Assembly (NCBI GenBank): GCA_001567545.1
Contig: LLZO01000084.1
Location: forward strand, 1 to 49,109
DNA: 49,109 bases
Reading direction: 5' to 3'
Source of the DNA: Candidatus Tepidiaquacellales bacterium OLB5
GTDB lineage: Bacteria; Bacteroidota; Ignavibacteria; Tepidaquicellales; OLB5
How positions within the stretch are numbered: the first letter of the stretch is position 1; every line of letters starts with the position of its first letter. The notes under the pieces are model-generated. The model searched no databases, was not told the origin of the DNA, and saw only the letters and a program-made list of their open reading frames with translations. The position numbers were made by a program, and so were the translations under genes. Positions 46,176 through 49,109 of the stretch are shown in pieces.

Positions 46176-47127
46176 TTAATCAGAAAAAGGCAATTTCGCA
46201 ATTCGGCATTTTAATTGCCCATTGTTGTATTTTATGAAATAATCTTTATTTTCATCAAGAAAAATGGTTTTAATAAATCCAAGACCTATAAAACCATATT
46301 TACCGGAATCAGCAGTACTTGTTAATATTCCGCATTCCTTTCCGCCGGTTGTAATCTTCAATTGTTCATTAATTTCGGAATAACTTCCTTCAATTTTTAA
46401 ACCAACCATGTGTTTGCTTATTTTATCGTAGGCATCAAGCCTTGCAATTACTTCCTGGCCTATATAACAGCCTTTTGTAAAGCTTACGTACTTGTTAAGA
46501 CCGCACTCCAGGGGATTAAACTGTTCACTAAGCTCTTTTCCGAATGCGGGGATACCCAGTTCTATTCTTTCTGTTTCAAAATCCTTCCCTGATTTTTCCA
46601 GCGGGTTTTGGAACCCTGTATAAGTTACACCGGAAATTTTATTTTCCCAGTACTCTTTATCATCAGTGGAGTAAATGAATAAAACCCCGCCCATTAATGA
46701 ATCATTCACGCAAATTATTGCATCATGATCTTTTGTAACAAAAAACGTTTTTATCATCAGCGGAACCCGTGTTTATTCCTGCAAAACGTGAAACAAATTC
46801 TGCAGAGCTATTGCCTGTAAATAAAATTGTTTCATGTGTGCCTGATAAATTCTTTACAGTAAAGTCATCCATAATAGTATATTTATCAAGATGAGCTACA
46901 ACAGGCTCTGCATTATTAAATGAACAGGAAACAAAAATTATATCTCCCAGATTGTAAAGAGTTAACAGATCAATTATCCTTCCTTTATCGGAAGTAAGAA
47001 TTGTTTTACAAGTTCCAAATTTTTCAAGTGAATTTACTTCATTGGTAGATAACCGGTTGATGAGATCCAGTCTTTCGGTTCCTTTAAAACTCAGGTAATC
47101 CTGCCGTAATCTGTAAAAATTAAGCAT
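46176..47127 (-). pseudogene. ygfZ: YgfZ/GcvT-like folate-binding protein interrupted by a 1-nt frameshift
   Basis: The ORFs at 46723-47127 and 46176-46757 overlap at the sequence GATGATAAAAACGTTTTTTGTTAC (minus-strand sense). Removing one base from the T6 or A5 run yields a 951-nt ORF of 316 aa. The YgfZ signature KGCYIGQE is present in the C-terminal part. Confidence 0.8.
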
Positions 47128-47339
47128 TAATCAATAAATATACCTGTTTTTCAAATTTTATTCAATTTAAATAAAAATCATACTTATGGGGCGTCCGGGC
47201 AATATCCTGTTGAAAGTAACCATTAAAAATTAACTGTTTTATCAATATTTCAATTGAAAGTTATAAATTGTTGAATTATTTTAGCGAAATTGATAAAATT
47301 AACCTCTATCCAGAAGCACCGGGCTTAAAGGGATATTTA

Positions 47340-49109
<1,770 letters not shown>

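Overview
A 49.1-kb AT-rich chromosomal segment, roughly 35-40% GC by eye with a dip to about 25-30% around 11.6-13.5 kb. The gene content points to an Ignavibacteria-like member of the FCB superphylum: canonical T9SS C-terminal sorting domains (..NYPNPFNP..), a PorV/PorQ-like barrel, a GWxTD protein, and several well-supported TTG starts. Most of the window is ordinary housekeeping: glyQS, purD, a GalE-like epimerase, meaB, an acyl-CoA dehydrogenase, pdxJ, a Sir2 deacylase, lptB, kup, a PgpH-like 7TM-HD protein, xerD, a CCA/poly(A) polymerase-family enzyme, class I FBA, a YgfZ-like protein, a RodZ-like protein, and a 5' partial ligA running off the right edge. I found no rRNA, tRNA, CRISPR, transposase, prophage or recognisable defence genes. 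The accessory-looking part is a cell-surface block at 15.1-30.8 kb. It holds three independently transcribed T9SS cargo genes (an S8 protease and two BNR-propeller paralogues). These are followed by a compact module: a TonB-dependent-receptor-like barrel, a 1096-aa secreted protein with a divergent CTD-like tail, a PorV/PorQ-like barrel, and a GWxTD protein. That module is the best candidate here for an undescribed system, but this rests on inference only. A separate pattern is six single-base frame breaks in five genes, all inside homopolymer runs. This most likely reflects assembly error rather than biology and should be resolved before any pseudogene is believed. Smaller oddities: three short tandem arrays flanking glyQS, hairpin repeats at the left edge, a 785-bp gene-free gap with an orphan terminator and a 10-bp inverted-repeat-bounded element, an orphan mlaE beside an AT-rich GT-C/TPR gene, a Cys-rich secreted ORF, and an unannotated 32-aa lysine-rich ORF.
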